The notes beneath the pieces were generated by a model. The model made no database searches. It saw only the letters and a program-made list of their open reading frames with translations, and was not told the origin of the DNA. A program made the position numbers and the translations under genes. Source: Nitrosopumilaceae archaeon (GTDB taxonomy: Archaea; Thermoproteota; Nitrososphaeria; Nitrososphaerales; Nitrosopumilaceae). Taken from it: a stretch of DNA of 64,000 nucleotides. Within the stretch, counting starts at the first letter, position 1. Every line of letters starts with the position of its first letter. Of this stretch, positions 38,700 through 51,031 are shown in pieces. Where the stretch lies: positions 480,001 through 544,000 of the forward strand of contig CBDBMG010000002.1 in assembly GCA_965207375.1 (NCBI GenBank). Reading direction: 5' to 3'.

Positions 38700-40821
38700 G
38701 AAGTGTTCCCATTGATAAGATACCTAAAATACCCAAGTTCAGTGCTATTAACAATAGTGATGACACATCAAGACGATTACAGAGACACAATTCACAAGAC
38801 AACAGTGACACAGGGTGTAGCGCTGGTGTTGCAGCAAAATCAAAGAGTTCCAAATCAAGGCAACAACCACACAAGTCAAAAGACTTCTCATAAATTCAGT
38901 TATACTCCTATCAGGCCTAAGAACACAACCAAATCTAAAGGCCAAGTATTAACATCGGCAAACAAGAAGCTTCCATCTCCTGTCAGCGACAGCTCACAGC
39001 AACAACAAAATGAACACAGAAGAACAACTAACACTGTCAAGCCAACATCAGCAAGCTCTTCATTTAGCAGCAATGTTTCAAGCAGTGATATAATAAGTGT
39101 AGTAGACAACTCATCTACTTTGGATGCAACCACTAACAATGTCAAGAATGTACCATCACTGACCTCTTTACCCAGTAAAGTTTCAAGCAATGATAGAATA
39201 AGTACAGTAGATAGACCAGCTTATTTGGATGTAACCACTTTTACCCTTTCACTTGATCCTTCAAATTTTTCAGATACAGACACAGATGCTTCAGCATCTA
39301 GTGCAGGTGATAACAGAAGGTTAGGAAGTGGTGTTATTTGAGCTGTGGTAATTAAGATATAATATTTGTTATGCAGGTTGGCAAACTTGGGTGACCAGCC
39401 ATCCCCAGTGAGCTGTCACAGTGTGGAGGTAGCAGTTGGTTGTCAGGATGTCATCCAGTCATCTGTAGCAGTTCAGTGTAGTATGGAGGATGATGTATGT
39501 ATCAGCATGTACTGTGTATTCATAACAACACAAGTTTATAATTTGTTTAATAATCTTATTAATGTTAAACTGAAACTTTTAAGGATGGCTGCACTTATTT
39601 GGAAATGCTAATTGCAATGGAGTCAGTTGGTCAGTGAAGCCATTCAATGCTTACCTCTTTGGAATGTTGCTTAGCCTGTGGCCCTGTGGTTTAATATCTA
39701 TTGTGTGTGTGCACTCCTAAGGTGGTCACCTCAGTGGTCTACACCAGTAATCTAATAATAGTAGCCTGCAGCTGTTGTTTGTCAGGTGATGTTAGCTGCA
39801 CAAGTCGATACATTTTTGTTTGTGTAGGAGCTGGAGAAAACGGTAGTGTTATGCCATGAGCAGCTGGATAAACTCAAGAAGACATCTGCTGGTATAACAG
39901 AGAGGGAGAGCCGTAATAACGAGCTGCTTCTAGAGAATACCAAATTGAAGAAATTACTCCATAAGGTACAGATTGAAATGAGACAGTTGAAAAAGGTACA
40001 ATCAACTACTTTGTGTTGTTATGTTAGGTAACACTTTGTATATTGTTGATCAGGTCATTAGCACTGTAAAACATGATGCTGCAAAACAAGATGCTGCTAC
40101 ACAGGTTGATCCTGACATAGACAGGATTACAGTTCAGGTATAAGCATTATATCAGAAGTAATTTCAGTTGCCATTACTGCAGGATGAGGTGCAGCAGCCA
40201 GTAGTACAAACTGACAGACAGACAGATTCTCCTAAATCTTCAAGAAGCTTGCACAAGCGATCATCCTCCACCATTGGTGAGGATCCAACTTATGAGCCAT
40301 CCAAGAAGAAGAGGAAAAGGAAGAAAATAAAACTATCTTCACCAACTGAAGCTAAAGAGAAAACAGAAGCAGCAGCTAGTCCAGAGAATTCACATGTTGA
40401 TGCAATTACTGCATCTCCTCCGGAGAGTGAAGAGCCTGTTGACATAGAGGTTATTGAGAATGAATACCATGTTACAAAATTAGTGGAGGATGCAGGTGAA
40501 ACAGCAAATAAAGAAAATGACAGTACACTTCTAGCTGTTGATGGTGATAATGCCTCTGGTTCACTGGATGTATCTGCTTTGATGGAGGGTGCAGTTTTGG
40601 ATAGTAACAATTCTAATAATGCAGTCACTGACAGTACTGCTGCTACTTCACCAGTTGCAAATGATTGCACTAAAGCCTCACCCACTAATGGTATTAGCGT
40701 AGCTACACCCACCTGTTCAGCCAATCAGAATACAGTAACAAGTAACAATGCAGTAGCTGAAAGTCTACCACCTTTTAGTGCAATTCCATCTGATTGTGCA
40801 ACTACTGTTATACAGCTCTAA
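38700..40821 (+). CDS. Spliced low-complexity Ser/Thr-rich protein with coiled coil and basic NLS (function unknown; one apparent frameshift ~38890)
   Basis: AG/GT-bounded exons ~38700-39319, 39378-39494, 39829-39995 (LLLENTKLKKLLHKVQIEMRQLKK), 40053-40137, 40183-40821 (KKKRKRKK). Confidence 0.55.
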
Positions 40822-40842
40822 TACATACACACAGTAATATGT

Positions 40843-41049
40843 TACCGTATAGCAGGTTAATTTCGAGGATTAAAATTTTCGAGGTTGAGCAGTTTTGTAA
40901 TAATTCGCGGATTTAATTTCGTGGAAACCATACTGCATATACATTATAATATTTATATTAAAATATTCGAGGTTTAATTTTCGAGGTGTGTCAAAAATCC
41001 ACGAAAACAGCGAAATATAATTCCCTCGAAAATTTCCGGCTATACGGTA
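40843..41049. mobile_element. Tc1/mariner-type MITE
   Basis: TA|CCGTATAGC...GCTATACGG|TA; internal TTTCGAGG repeats; degenerate relatives at ~17790, 35853, 36722, 46735. Confidence 0.8.
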
Positions 41050-41249
41050 GTGCTATCTTATGGGGTATAGAGATTGACAACATTACTTTCTCTAATTAAA
41101 CATACATTGTATATTGAATCACAAGTCTTTACCATTCGCCTACGGACAATGGAAACAACACATATACACAATTAAGGATTCTAATTAGTAAATTATTAGA
41201 TGGTTAACTACGTAAGTATCTATTATGCAGTTTAAGTAACAAAGAAGTC

Positions 41250-42350
41250 ACTGATTACAATGGCTATGTACGTATCTTCTGACTTGTAAGTAAGCATCAA
41301 TACCATAGTCACCAGTTGCATCTGGAGAATCTATCAAGTAACCACCTACCAAAGTATTCAACTCAGCATATTGCTGTGAACTCAAAGGATTATTGGTATC
41401 AATATTTGGCAAATCAAGCAACTCAGAATGTAAGAAATACTCGGAAGGTTTGGATAATCAATTGGCGTTTCCAAATAAAATGCCACATGTATACAATTGT
41501 ATTGGCGTCTTGTTGTTTTCAGACGTTAAGGCATGATTATTCCATCCAGTCATGAAAATTCGTTTATCTTTTGCAATGAAGACAGAATAGATCCAATTCT
41601 GAAGCTGGATCAAGAATTCCATTATCTTCCAAATGATAAAATATTTGATAAAACACTGAAAGTACACATCTGTATGTGTCTCTCCACAAACGTTCTACTC
41701 TTTGGTTATGGACAGATGAGCCAGTTATCATAGGATTCCCATGAATCAGCATATATTCAGCAACCTAAATATGCACAGTATATTTAACATAAAAAGAAGC
41801 AATTGCAAGTTAATTGTTCACAAAAGGCAATACAATAGTGACAATTATAGTGATCAAAAACTTCAGCTAAATAGCTAGCTATGTAAGCTAAATCTATAGT
41901 TAGATGGACTAGGTAGCTATGTAGCTAAATACATGCTCTTATATAGCTATCTACCTTGATATTATCACCCCCCTTATCATTTCTGACACGATCTGGAAGG
42001 CCATAATCTCTGACTGCACCCTCAAACAAATGAAACACTGTTTCACTCCTGTTGTTATTCGAACAACACAAATACACAATAAATCGAGAGAAACTGTCTA
42101 TCCCACTATGCACTACCAGCCTCCACCTACACAGAACAATTATTATAGTGACTTTTAAAAACCTTGTTCTATGTAGCTACCTTATTAATTTGTGGTTCCC
42201 ATCTATATGCCATAGGGCATTTGGGTAAATAACTGAGTACACCCTTCTTCTAATGGGAGATGCCCATCGTAAAGCTGAATTTATTGGATCTACTTCAGAT
42301 AAACATTCACGTAATCTAATGGTGGACACATGGATATGTATTTTCATATC
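41250..42350 (-). pseudogene. Integrase-core DDE transposase (IS3EU-like), spliced, 5'-truncated
   Basis: RRVYSVIYPNALWHIDGNHKLIR|WRLVVHSGIDSFSR...PDRVRNDKGGDN|...GSSVHNQRVERLWRD...; end TGDYGIDAYLQV. Confidence 0.85.
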
Positions 42351-43102
42351 AGAGTCAATTAAGGAGGTGTTTACCATGGTAGAATTTTCTGAAAGAGGAA
42401 CCATTCATCGTCCTTTAGAAGAACAGACCTATGTGTTTTTTAAAGAATTTTTAGAGGAATGTGAAGGTATATAGCTACCTATCATTTGTACATGCATGTC
42501 ATTTTATAGGCATTCCAATGCATGCACGTGACTTAAAGGGAACCACAGGGCAACAAATCTCATGTTCCTTTTTGCACCAGGGCAACATCATGATGCATGT
42601 ACTTGGGGCAATATCATGATGTTGCCTGGGAAGGTGGTATGCCTTTTGTTTGATCTTGTACAACTGTTGTTTGATCTAAGCTAAAGGTTCCCACTCTTAT
42701 TTGTAGGTAATAATTTCTGCATTTGTTTTATACAGAGACTTGTTGTAGGTTTGAATAAACATCAGTTTTATGATGCAACAATACGACATTGCAATCTTGA
42801 GCTGATGTTTGGCCATGCATGATTTAGTGTTGCATAACAGTGATTTGCCTGATATGTATACCCTCGTCCTTTGAAATTTGGGTGTACACTCATGTCCATG
42901 TTATAATTAATAAATGTACGTATACCACTAACAAATATTTAATCCACTTCATAACTTGAATTGTTTATAATTATATTACTACACAGATAAGAAAGAAGAG
43001 GCTGGCTGTAGCTATACTCTGGAAGACATTCTGGTGTTTTTTTCTGGTGCTGAAAGGGTACCGCCTTATGGGTTTGGTGATACATCTCCTTCACTTGTGT
43101 TC
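42350..43102 (+). pseudogene. HECT-like (G2E3-type) ubiquitin ligase fragment, two exons
   Basis: VEFSERG...EEQTYVFFKEFLEECE (42350-42467) spliced to TLEDILVFFSGAERVPPYGF...PSLVF (42987-43102). Confidence 0.6.
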
Positions 43103-43858
43103 TTTTTCTGCCTGGTAGTTTCTTTGCTTTTGTTGTTTGAGTTTCTTCTATCTCATGCAATGGCAAAAGGGAATGATCATCAATTGTATCTTTCCCTGGA
43201 GAAAGGGAATCGTCACTAGTTACTTCTTTCCCTGAAGAAAGGGAATCGTCGTTAGTTACTTCTTTCCCTGGAGAAAGGGAATCGTCATTAGCCACTTCTT
43301 TCCCTGTAGAAAGGGAATCGTCATTAGCCACTTTTTTCCCTGTAGAAAGGGAATCATCATTAGCCACTTCTTTCCCTGAAAAAAGGGAATCGTCTACTTC
43401 TTTCCCTGGAGAAAGGGAATCGTCATTAGCCACTTCTTTCCCTGTAGAAAGGGAATCATCATTAGTCACTTTTTTCCCTGTAGAAAGGGAATCATCATTA
43501 GCCACTTCTTTCCCTGAAGAAAGGGAATCGTCTACTTCTTTCCCTGGAGAAAGGGAATTGTCTACTTCTTTCCCTGGAGAAAGGAAATCGTCATTAGTCA
43601 CTTCTTTCCCTGGAGAAAGGGAATCGTCTACTTCTTTCCCTGGAGAAAGGGAATCATCATTGGTTACTTCTTTTCCCGGAGAAACGGAATCGTCATTAGT
43701 TGCATCTTTCCCTTGCAACAGTGGCTGATCATTAGTTACTTTGTCCCCTTGTATCACCAAAAGAGGCTCGTCATCAACGGTTTTTTCCTTTTGTGTCACT
43801 GACAGGGAGCTGTGAGCAGGTTTAGAACTTTTTTGCTGTAAATCTGGTTTGAATTCTG
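43103..43858 (-). CDS. Exon encoding an acidic repeat protein (DDSLSPGKEV[T/A]N)n
   Basis: About 15 frame-preserving 30/36 bp units at 43190-43710 in an open ORF starting after an acceptor (TTTACAG). Confidence 0.5.
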
Positions 43859-45467
43859 TAAAATACACATATTTCATTGTAAAACTGATTTAAACTACAA
43901 AAATAGCGATTTCAGTACATACAGCATAACAATTATAGCTACGAGTGGAACTGAACATTACATATATATTATTTTTAAAAGTATGTAGCTAGTGTGTGTA
44001 AAACCTGTAGAATTGCAGGATGGGTGGAATATAAACATGCAAAATGTACGTAGCTTATTTCGTGCATTTGTGATAGACTATGAAATCGAGTGTGAATATT
44101 TGTACATATATGTAGGTCTCAGTTTATGCATATTGATATATGTATAGTGTCCAACTCTTAGTATACATACTCTCTCAAAGCTGCACTTGTCATAAATGTG
44201 TAGCTATAGTGAAAATAGATGTTTTAATATCTTTGTATGCTTGCCTTATGAACACATAGTACTGAAATCTGATTGCCCTACGTATACATACATAGGTAAA
44301 ATTAATTGTATATGAAATGATTATAGCCATTGGGTTTAGTGTACAGTATGCAATATGGCATTGCATCATGCCATAGCTATTTGCTTTAGTATGTACAGTG
44401 TATATTCAGAACTAACGTGTGTGTACAAATAATGGATCGTGGATGTGATAAAGTGCCTATAGCATATCTGGAAACTTATTTCTATATATGTTTACCTACA
44501 AAGACCACTATGAGTTGTGCTTCCTTCTATAGCATTCAGCTGATACCTCATAAGCATTTAATAACTCATGGATGGAAAGGACTTTAAATTTGTGTCACCT
44601 GCAATAGTACTCTGCTAGTCAACCCACTTGAAAGCTCTTCACATTATTTTAATGACATTTCACTCGGCCTTACAATGTTCAGTTTAAAACATACTTCCTC
44701 CTTAAAGTTCAGGCTCTGACATGTTGCTTTTCAAACCTTCAGTGGAGCCAAGCAACATAGCTATGTCTGCTCTTCATACTTTTGCTATCATTATTATTTA
44801 TGATAACTTTATCTAACAAGCTAAACAGTATTTATTCAGCAAAAACACACTCGGGGTATCAGCTCAACACAAATGTACTACAGGAAAACAATATTATGCA
44901 TGCTGCATAGTTAGTCATATCAAATTTTGTGAAGTAGCCAAAATATCCTACAGTAGTAATTCAAAAAATTGCTAGATACGAGTGACTTTTCCATAAAAGT
45001 ATTCTGTCCCAGTGAAGGAGTTAGACAGACATCACCATGTGTTATTTAAAATGATGAATGTGCGTAGGAGGAAATGATGAATCTATGCAAGTATGGAGAA
45101 GCAAACCAGATGCAGTGCTTAATGTTTGTAATTTTTATAATTACACCACTTTGGTTGCTTCTTGTTGCATGAATTCTATAGAATACACTGCTAGAGATGA
45201 GCCAGACGATGGTTTAAAGGCTACGATTCACACTGGTAGTACTCCAGAAAAGTTTAGTTATTATCCTTGTCCTCAACTTTGCTATAATTCCAGGATGCTA
45301 TTACAAAACCTTGTCTTCACAAAAATACAAGAACACACTGTAAGTTTTCTAGCAGACATATTTACGAGGTTAGGCTTGATCTGCAATTTTCTGGAGCTTA
45401 TAGCTACATTTAACCTGCTATGCAGCATGCTTGTAAGTCTAGTAGTTTGGCAATTATACCTATGTAA

Positions 45468-46259
45468 TAGAGGTGCAACAATACATGATTTGGGTGTATT
45501 GATATATTGCCGCTTTTGTATCTAGGGATCCACCTATTTTGCCTTTAATTTCACCTATTTTTCTTTCCAGCAATTCTTTTAAATTTCACCTATTATGCTC
45601 AAAATTTTGCTCACTCAAAAACACTGATTCAGAACTTTATTATCTTACTTATAAAGCATATAACTAACCTTAACTATGTAAGAAAGAACCATCTGCACAT
45701 CGTCAAGGATACATGAAGTTTTGATTGTGGGTTTAATATATTCTAATTAACCCCATTACTAAAGTGAACTACTGTTATTTCAGCCCAAGAAGCTAAGATA
45801 TTTGCTTGCTTTATTGTTTTAGTGCATTAGCATTATGATTTTGTTGCATAAAGTTCATTTTGCTCCTGCTATGCTGGCATTTTGCTTTTTGCTTTTGCCT
45901 TCCTATTATGCCCCAAATTTTACCGGCAAAATCGATGCATCCCTATTTGTATCACAATGCAGCGATATATTGTACGCACGATACGGTAAAGTGTGATTTA
46001 GCTGATTTTTACAGATGAACAAAACTTTTTCCCTAAATTACAACTTTCTATAAGCTCCAAATACGTAGTTGCAGAGTTGTAAAACTGGCACCCACAATGT
46101 ACTATACGTATAGGTATACAGTCTGAATGTCGATACACTGCAATACATCGATATATCACGATATTCGATATATCGATACAACTTAAATTTGTATCGATAC
46201 AGTATCACCGCCTAATGTATTACGATATGGTGATATATCAATGTATTGTTGCATCTCTA
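45468..46259. mobile_element. hAT-like element hosting a nested MITE
   Basis: TAGAGGTGCAACAATACAT / ATGTATTGTTGCATCTCTA; CGATA-rich subterminal repeats. Confidence 0.7.
45523..45945. mobile_element. hAT MITE (nested)
   Basis: TAGGGAT...ATCCCTA; perfect 8 bp TSD TTTGTATC. Confidence 0.85.
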
Positions 46260-47649
46260 CTGTAATACTTAACATGACTGGCCTATTTAGTATCAACCGC
46301 ATTTTAATAATTTTGTAAGACTTACTATTTATCATATTATCTTCAATTCTTGTATTGAAAACATCAAGATAGAGTAATAGTGCTTTTGCCTTTCCATTTC
46401 GAAATTGGAAGGCACAGTTATTCTCTCCAACATTCCTTTCATTTGTTTTGTTGATCTGTCTGATTTTTGATGTCAACTTCTCTTTTTCAAAGGGCATATT
46501 AAAAGGGATATCTTCAAATCGAATTGCTATCGCTAGCCTGTCTTCCCTTTTTCTTTTTATTACCAATTTGATGAAATGGCTGCACTAAAATGGAAAAATT
46601 CAATGTACAATATTTAAATATGAGCGCATTGTCAGTAATTTATTATGTAACTCATTAAATTTTGTTACTACGTATGGAGTTTTCAACAGACCAAATATTT
46701 AAATATTTAAACACATACATAAGTACACCCCCTGTACTGTATAGCACTAAACTTTGACAATGCCAAATTTTGGCAAATTTACCTCCATAGAAGTTTTGGA
46801 GGGTAAAACTTTGATGATACAAGCATCGCATGAGTCATGACTGTTACTATTAAAAATTGAAATTTGACAATGGGATAGTAATTTGCCAAAGGTTGGCATC
46901 ACCAAAGTTACAGTGTATTCGCAGCTGTTCAGTACTTTCAATGTTTTGGCCAAAGTGATGATGTTCAACTCAAAAGCGCTTTTGCTATTCCTGGCAACCA
47001 ATGAGACCAGCAATGTAATTTTGTGGTTGTTATGTACACTGTAAATACCTACAAGGCCTGTTGCAAAATCATTCACATTTTCAGAAAGTTGTCATATCCT
47101 TGCATGAAGAAACTGCCTTAGAGGAAAGCTTATACCTGTGTGGACTGTATTACAATGTGTGGCTGGGTATATAGCAGCAGCTTTCATTCCTTACACGCAC
47201 GTAGGCTGCATGCTTACATGGGTACAGACTAGTGCAGACAGACACGTTTTGATAGATGGATAGATAGATACCATTAGATAGATAAATAGATAGGTAAACA
47301 CATACTTTTCTGGAAACAATTTCGTATACGCCTGGTTTAACAACCTCAAATAATTAAAAGTGATTTGCATTTCTGCATATACGTACCTGGTCTAAATCCA
47401 AATCTGCACAGCATTCAAGCAGAGCAGTACCAAACTGATCAAAAATGTTTTTCTCTACAGAAACTATTGGCTCTTTCATGATGACATTTTCTTCTTCTGC
47501 AATAAGACTCGTCAAAACTGTATCAAGCATATGTTGTACAACCAATTTCTTCAGTTTTCCTGAATGCGGTTCATCCAATCCATGTTCAAGCATCTATAAA
47601 ATGAATTTGTGATGTATGTAATACATTATTAAGTACGGTAGTACTTAAT

Positions 47650-48180
47650 AGTAGGGATTGACACGAAAAAATATGGCATCCCACTTTTATGTGCCTCCAT
47701 AACACGCCTCACAATATATTTTACTTGAAAAAGCCGACTTAAATCCATTGGTAACACTATAATAACACTGTACCTTTGTAAAACGTTGTGAAAATCCTAA
47801 CAATGTGATCTGTAGAGGTTTTCAAAAATTTTCAGATCCTCCCTTATTTTGTCTGACTGCCTGCCGTGCCATAAGATCCACTAGCGCTAGGAGTATGGCT
47901 CTAGATTTTTCACACAATAAAGACTATCGTGTCCAATTTACTAAACTGTTGTTCCGATGAAGATTTATCCACTGCGCCATGGAGTTTCTTTTCATCCTTC
48001 ACTATCTTTCTTTTCTTTCTGTATTCATTAAAGGATGTGAGAAAATCACGAAACAAGGTGTTTATCGACATGTTGTACATACAACTTTACGTCACAAAAC
48101 AGCCACTTGCACACAATTTTTGATGTTTTTCGAATATAATACAGCTGTTTACCATGTTAACACTCTTGTTAACAAGCGCC
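47650..48180 (+). repeat. Dispersed repeat, copy 2 (family of 2998-3560)
   Basis: TAGTAGGGATTGACACGAAAAAATATGGCATCCC...AACTGTTGTTCCGATGAAGATTTATCCACTGC. Confidence 0.65.
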
Positions 48181-48267
48181 TGTATTAGGTAGGCACCTGT
48201 AACAATTTAGTCACCTGGAAAACAAGACAAACTACGTATAAATTAAGTATGCTATAAAAGCACACAA

Positions 48268-48542
48268 ACTAAAATTTAAAAATTCAAAAAATGAGTTGTG
48301 ATCAATCTTTCACTACTGCAAAAAGTAAGGAAACAAGGAATAAGATTTGGCACAAGAGAACACTAAAGTTTAATCCCTACTTTGGCTCACAATTTCAGTA
48401 GGTCAGTAGGTATGATCAAGTCAAAAGTAGGGGTAAAATTTTAGTGTTCTCTTGTGCCAAAATCTTATTCCTTGTTTCCTTACTTTTTGTAGCTGTGAAA
48501 GATTGATCCCTACTTACTTTTTAAACTTTTAATTATTCTAGT
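48268..48542. mobile_element. Foldback MITE related to 3900-4216
   Basis: Arms share CAAAAAGTAAGGAAACAAG and TAATCCCTACT with the 3.9 kb element. Confidence 0.75.
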
Positions 48543-51031
48543 TAATATACAAAGGAGTGAATCTATGAACAACCTTAATTGTGATTTTTCATTATCTACA
48601 CTCATATCCACATGAAGCCATACTTTAAAGAAACTTTCAGAGATTAGAGATCTAGATAACTAATGAAACAAATTCTTGTCATCACTATATAGGTTGTACA
48701 AAGTAGATATACTCAGTCATAGACCGCTTGTTAATAGTTTCCCTAGCAAAATAAGTAGATTAGAAAAACTGCTTGTTTGGTAGCTATACAATATTAAAGT
48801 GATTTTGTTAATTATTATTTCAACTGCATCAAAACCATTTCAAAGAAAGTAGTGCTGCATTATTCTATTACCCATTGGGAGCGGAAAACATTAATTAACA
48901 TTTTTTGCATACAAGTTAAGTTATTTCACAGACATATTTGTGTGATATCCTTGCTGTTAACATTTGTCCCCAGCTTTGCCTACAGGAATATGGTATTCAT
49001 GCTTGGGATATAACTATAGCTTTCTACATCAAACCGAATACGAAATATAATCAAAGCTGGAGGGAGTGCCACAACAGTAAAATGAGGATAGTTACACAAT
49101 ATAGAGGCTTCTTATAATGACAAAGTATCTTGTGATATCTGTATAAATTCCCCAAGTATGTGCAAGCTTATATAGACACATGTTTTATGCTTAGTTACAA
49201 GACTTATTACCTTGTATGTAAAGTATAGTAGAATGGAACATCCTGTTACAACCTGAGGATTCGATATTCCTACAACATCGAACAGCATGGGATTAATCAA
49301 TTCTAATATCTCCGCACGGCCACCATCAATGAGGTCTTTCTCAATTCGAACTACAGCTCCTGCCATACTTGAAGCAGCTTCCAAACGATCTGGTAATTGC
49401 TGAAAAGCTGCAGCTTGATCTACGTTACTTGGACCAAATTTTGGGTTCTTAAAAGGAATCAGCAGTGCTCGTGATGAAATTCTGCATGTGTACATGTATA
49501 TAAAGTAATAGTACGTATGTACGTACATGAGTTGTATGCACATATGCAATAATCTATGTACATACCTTTCATTTTTTCCAAAAGTGAAATTACTGCTGTA
49601 TATTGGGCATATTAAAGGAAGTAGACTTCCACACATTACAATTGCGGATATTGTTCCATTGTAAAAAGAAACAACTACTTCATTTAAATCAACAGGAAAG
49701 CTAGGGTCATCAATTCCAAACGGCAAGCTAGAAATTGCTGCACGCTGTAAACAAAATGCCTTGCTGCACTTCATGTAATGATTTTTTGTGTTATCAGCAC
49801 CAAATAAACATAATTGACATGGATTTACCTGTTGAAACAGGTCCAGTTGCCATAACCTGGGGACAAAATTGGAACAATTTCAAGATTTCCTGATAATGAA
49901 TGCTCATACCTCCAGCACCCATCATCAGGATGCAACTCAAATAATTGTGGGCTAAACAAGTTTCTAATGTGTCCAGTAATTCTGGAAAGATTTGATTGGA
50001 AGTTGATACTTTGATATCAAATGTTATTTCTTCAAAAGATAATTCTTTTGAATTGCCTCCAAGCGATATAGAATTCTTCAGCCAGACATAATTGTGAGAG
50101 CTTGTATCCAGACCATCTTTGTTAAAAGCAATATCTTTTGAAAACACCCAAATATTTCCACATTTTTGCTTTCCCAAAAACAGGACTCCTATTTTTGGTT
50201 CACGATTAGGGTGGCTCTTATGAAATTTACATTTTTTCCAGCTTATGTATTGTGCAAGTTCTTTATCACTGAAAGAACATACTAGGCCACCACTTCCAAA
50301 GGTAGAATTGATCTGGGTTATGAAATCTACCTTTTTATGTACTGCTGATGTTGTAAAGTAACAAATTCTACAAATAGGGATGATGCATACCAAACCTAAC
50401 TTCATATATATAACTTTACCTTTTCTGTTGGTCAAATTGACGATTGACTGAGCATACAAATCCAGTCTTAGATCCAGCTTTTACAAAGTCTAATAATTCC
50501 AATCCAAAATCAGACTTTGGGAAGTATGAACCTCCCTTGGATATCCCAAAGGAAAACTCCATGTCACAATACTGGTATGGGTTATCAGAATCATCAGAAT
50601 TCTCTGTAAAACTTGAGTCTCCAGACATTGTAAAGCAGCAGAAGCACCAAGATACTTAACTTAGCTCACACTGCTACACTTTATATAAGAACCCACTCTT
50701 TTGATAAGAATGTGTTAATAATTAAAATAATTTTATGTAGATTAGTGGTGGTAGACTATAAATTGTAGTCTATGATGCAATCAGCAACACTTAAAAGCCT
50801 TCTTCAAAGATATTCTATTGCTGTTATGAAATCTACAGGTCATAGCTAACAACTTATAGATTACTTATCCTATCATCACATTAATGTACCTGATATGCAC
50901 AAAGTAGGCTTTTCTGTGGATCTTGTGTAATCACCAGTGAACAAATCCTTATATGATAGCTACCACCATGTGCTTTAAAGGTCACTTTTATGAGGAAGGT
51001 CCATATGTATCTGTTGAGTAGCTCAGGAAGA

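Larger units (their letters stand above)
46320..50628 (-). pseudogene. Spliced P-loop ATPase/helicase, DUF927/Cch-like
   Basis: Exons 50418-50628, ~49566-50370, 49211-49482; Walker A ATGPVSTGKS, Walker B LPFGIDD, VSFYNG, PIYSSNF, Arg-finger-like SSRALLIPF; frameshift ~49810; probable downstream exons 47388-47594 and 46325-46580. Confidence 0.7.

Noticed and set aside
38677-40724. Minus-strand ORFs (38677, 38748, 38900, 40290)
   Set aside because: Antisense shadows of the plus-strand low-complexity exons
43170-43745. Repeat-spacer array
   Set aside because: Frame-preserving coding-type minisatellite without unique spacers
44500-45525. 155 aa plus-strand ORF and degraded minus-strand coding-like sequence
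   Set aside because: No recognisable motifs; the ORF runs into a MITE
49100-50630. Bacterial or phage contamination explaining the DUF927-like helicase
   Set aside because: Gene has GT-AG introns and is embedded among host-style MITEs and low-complexity DNA
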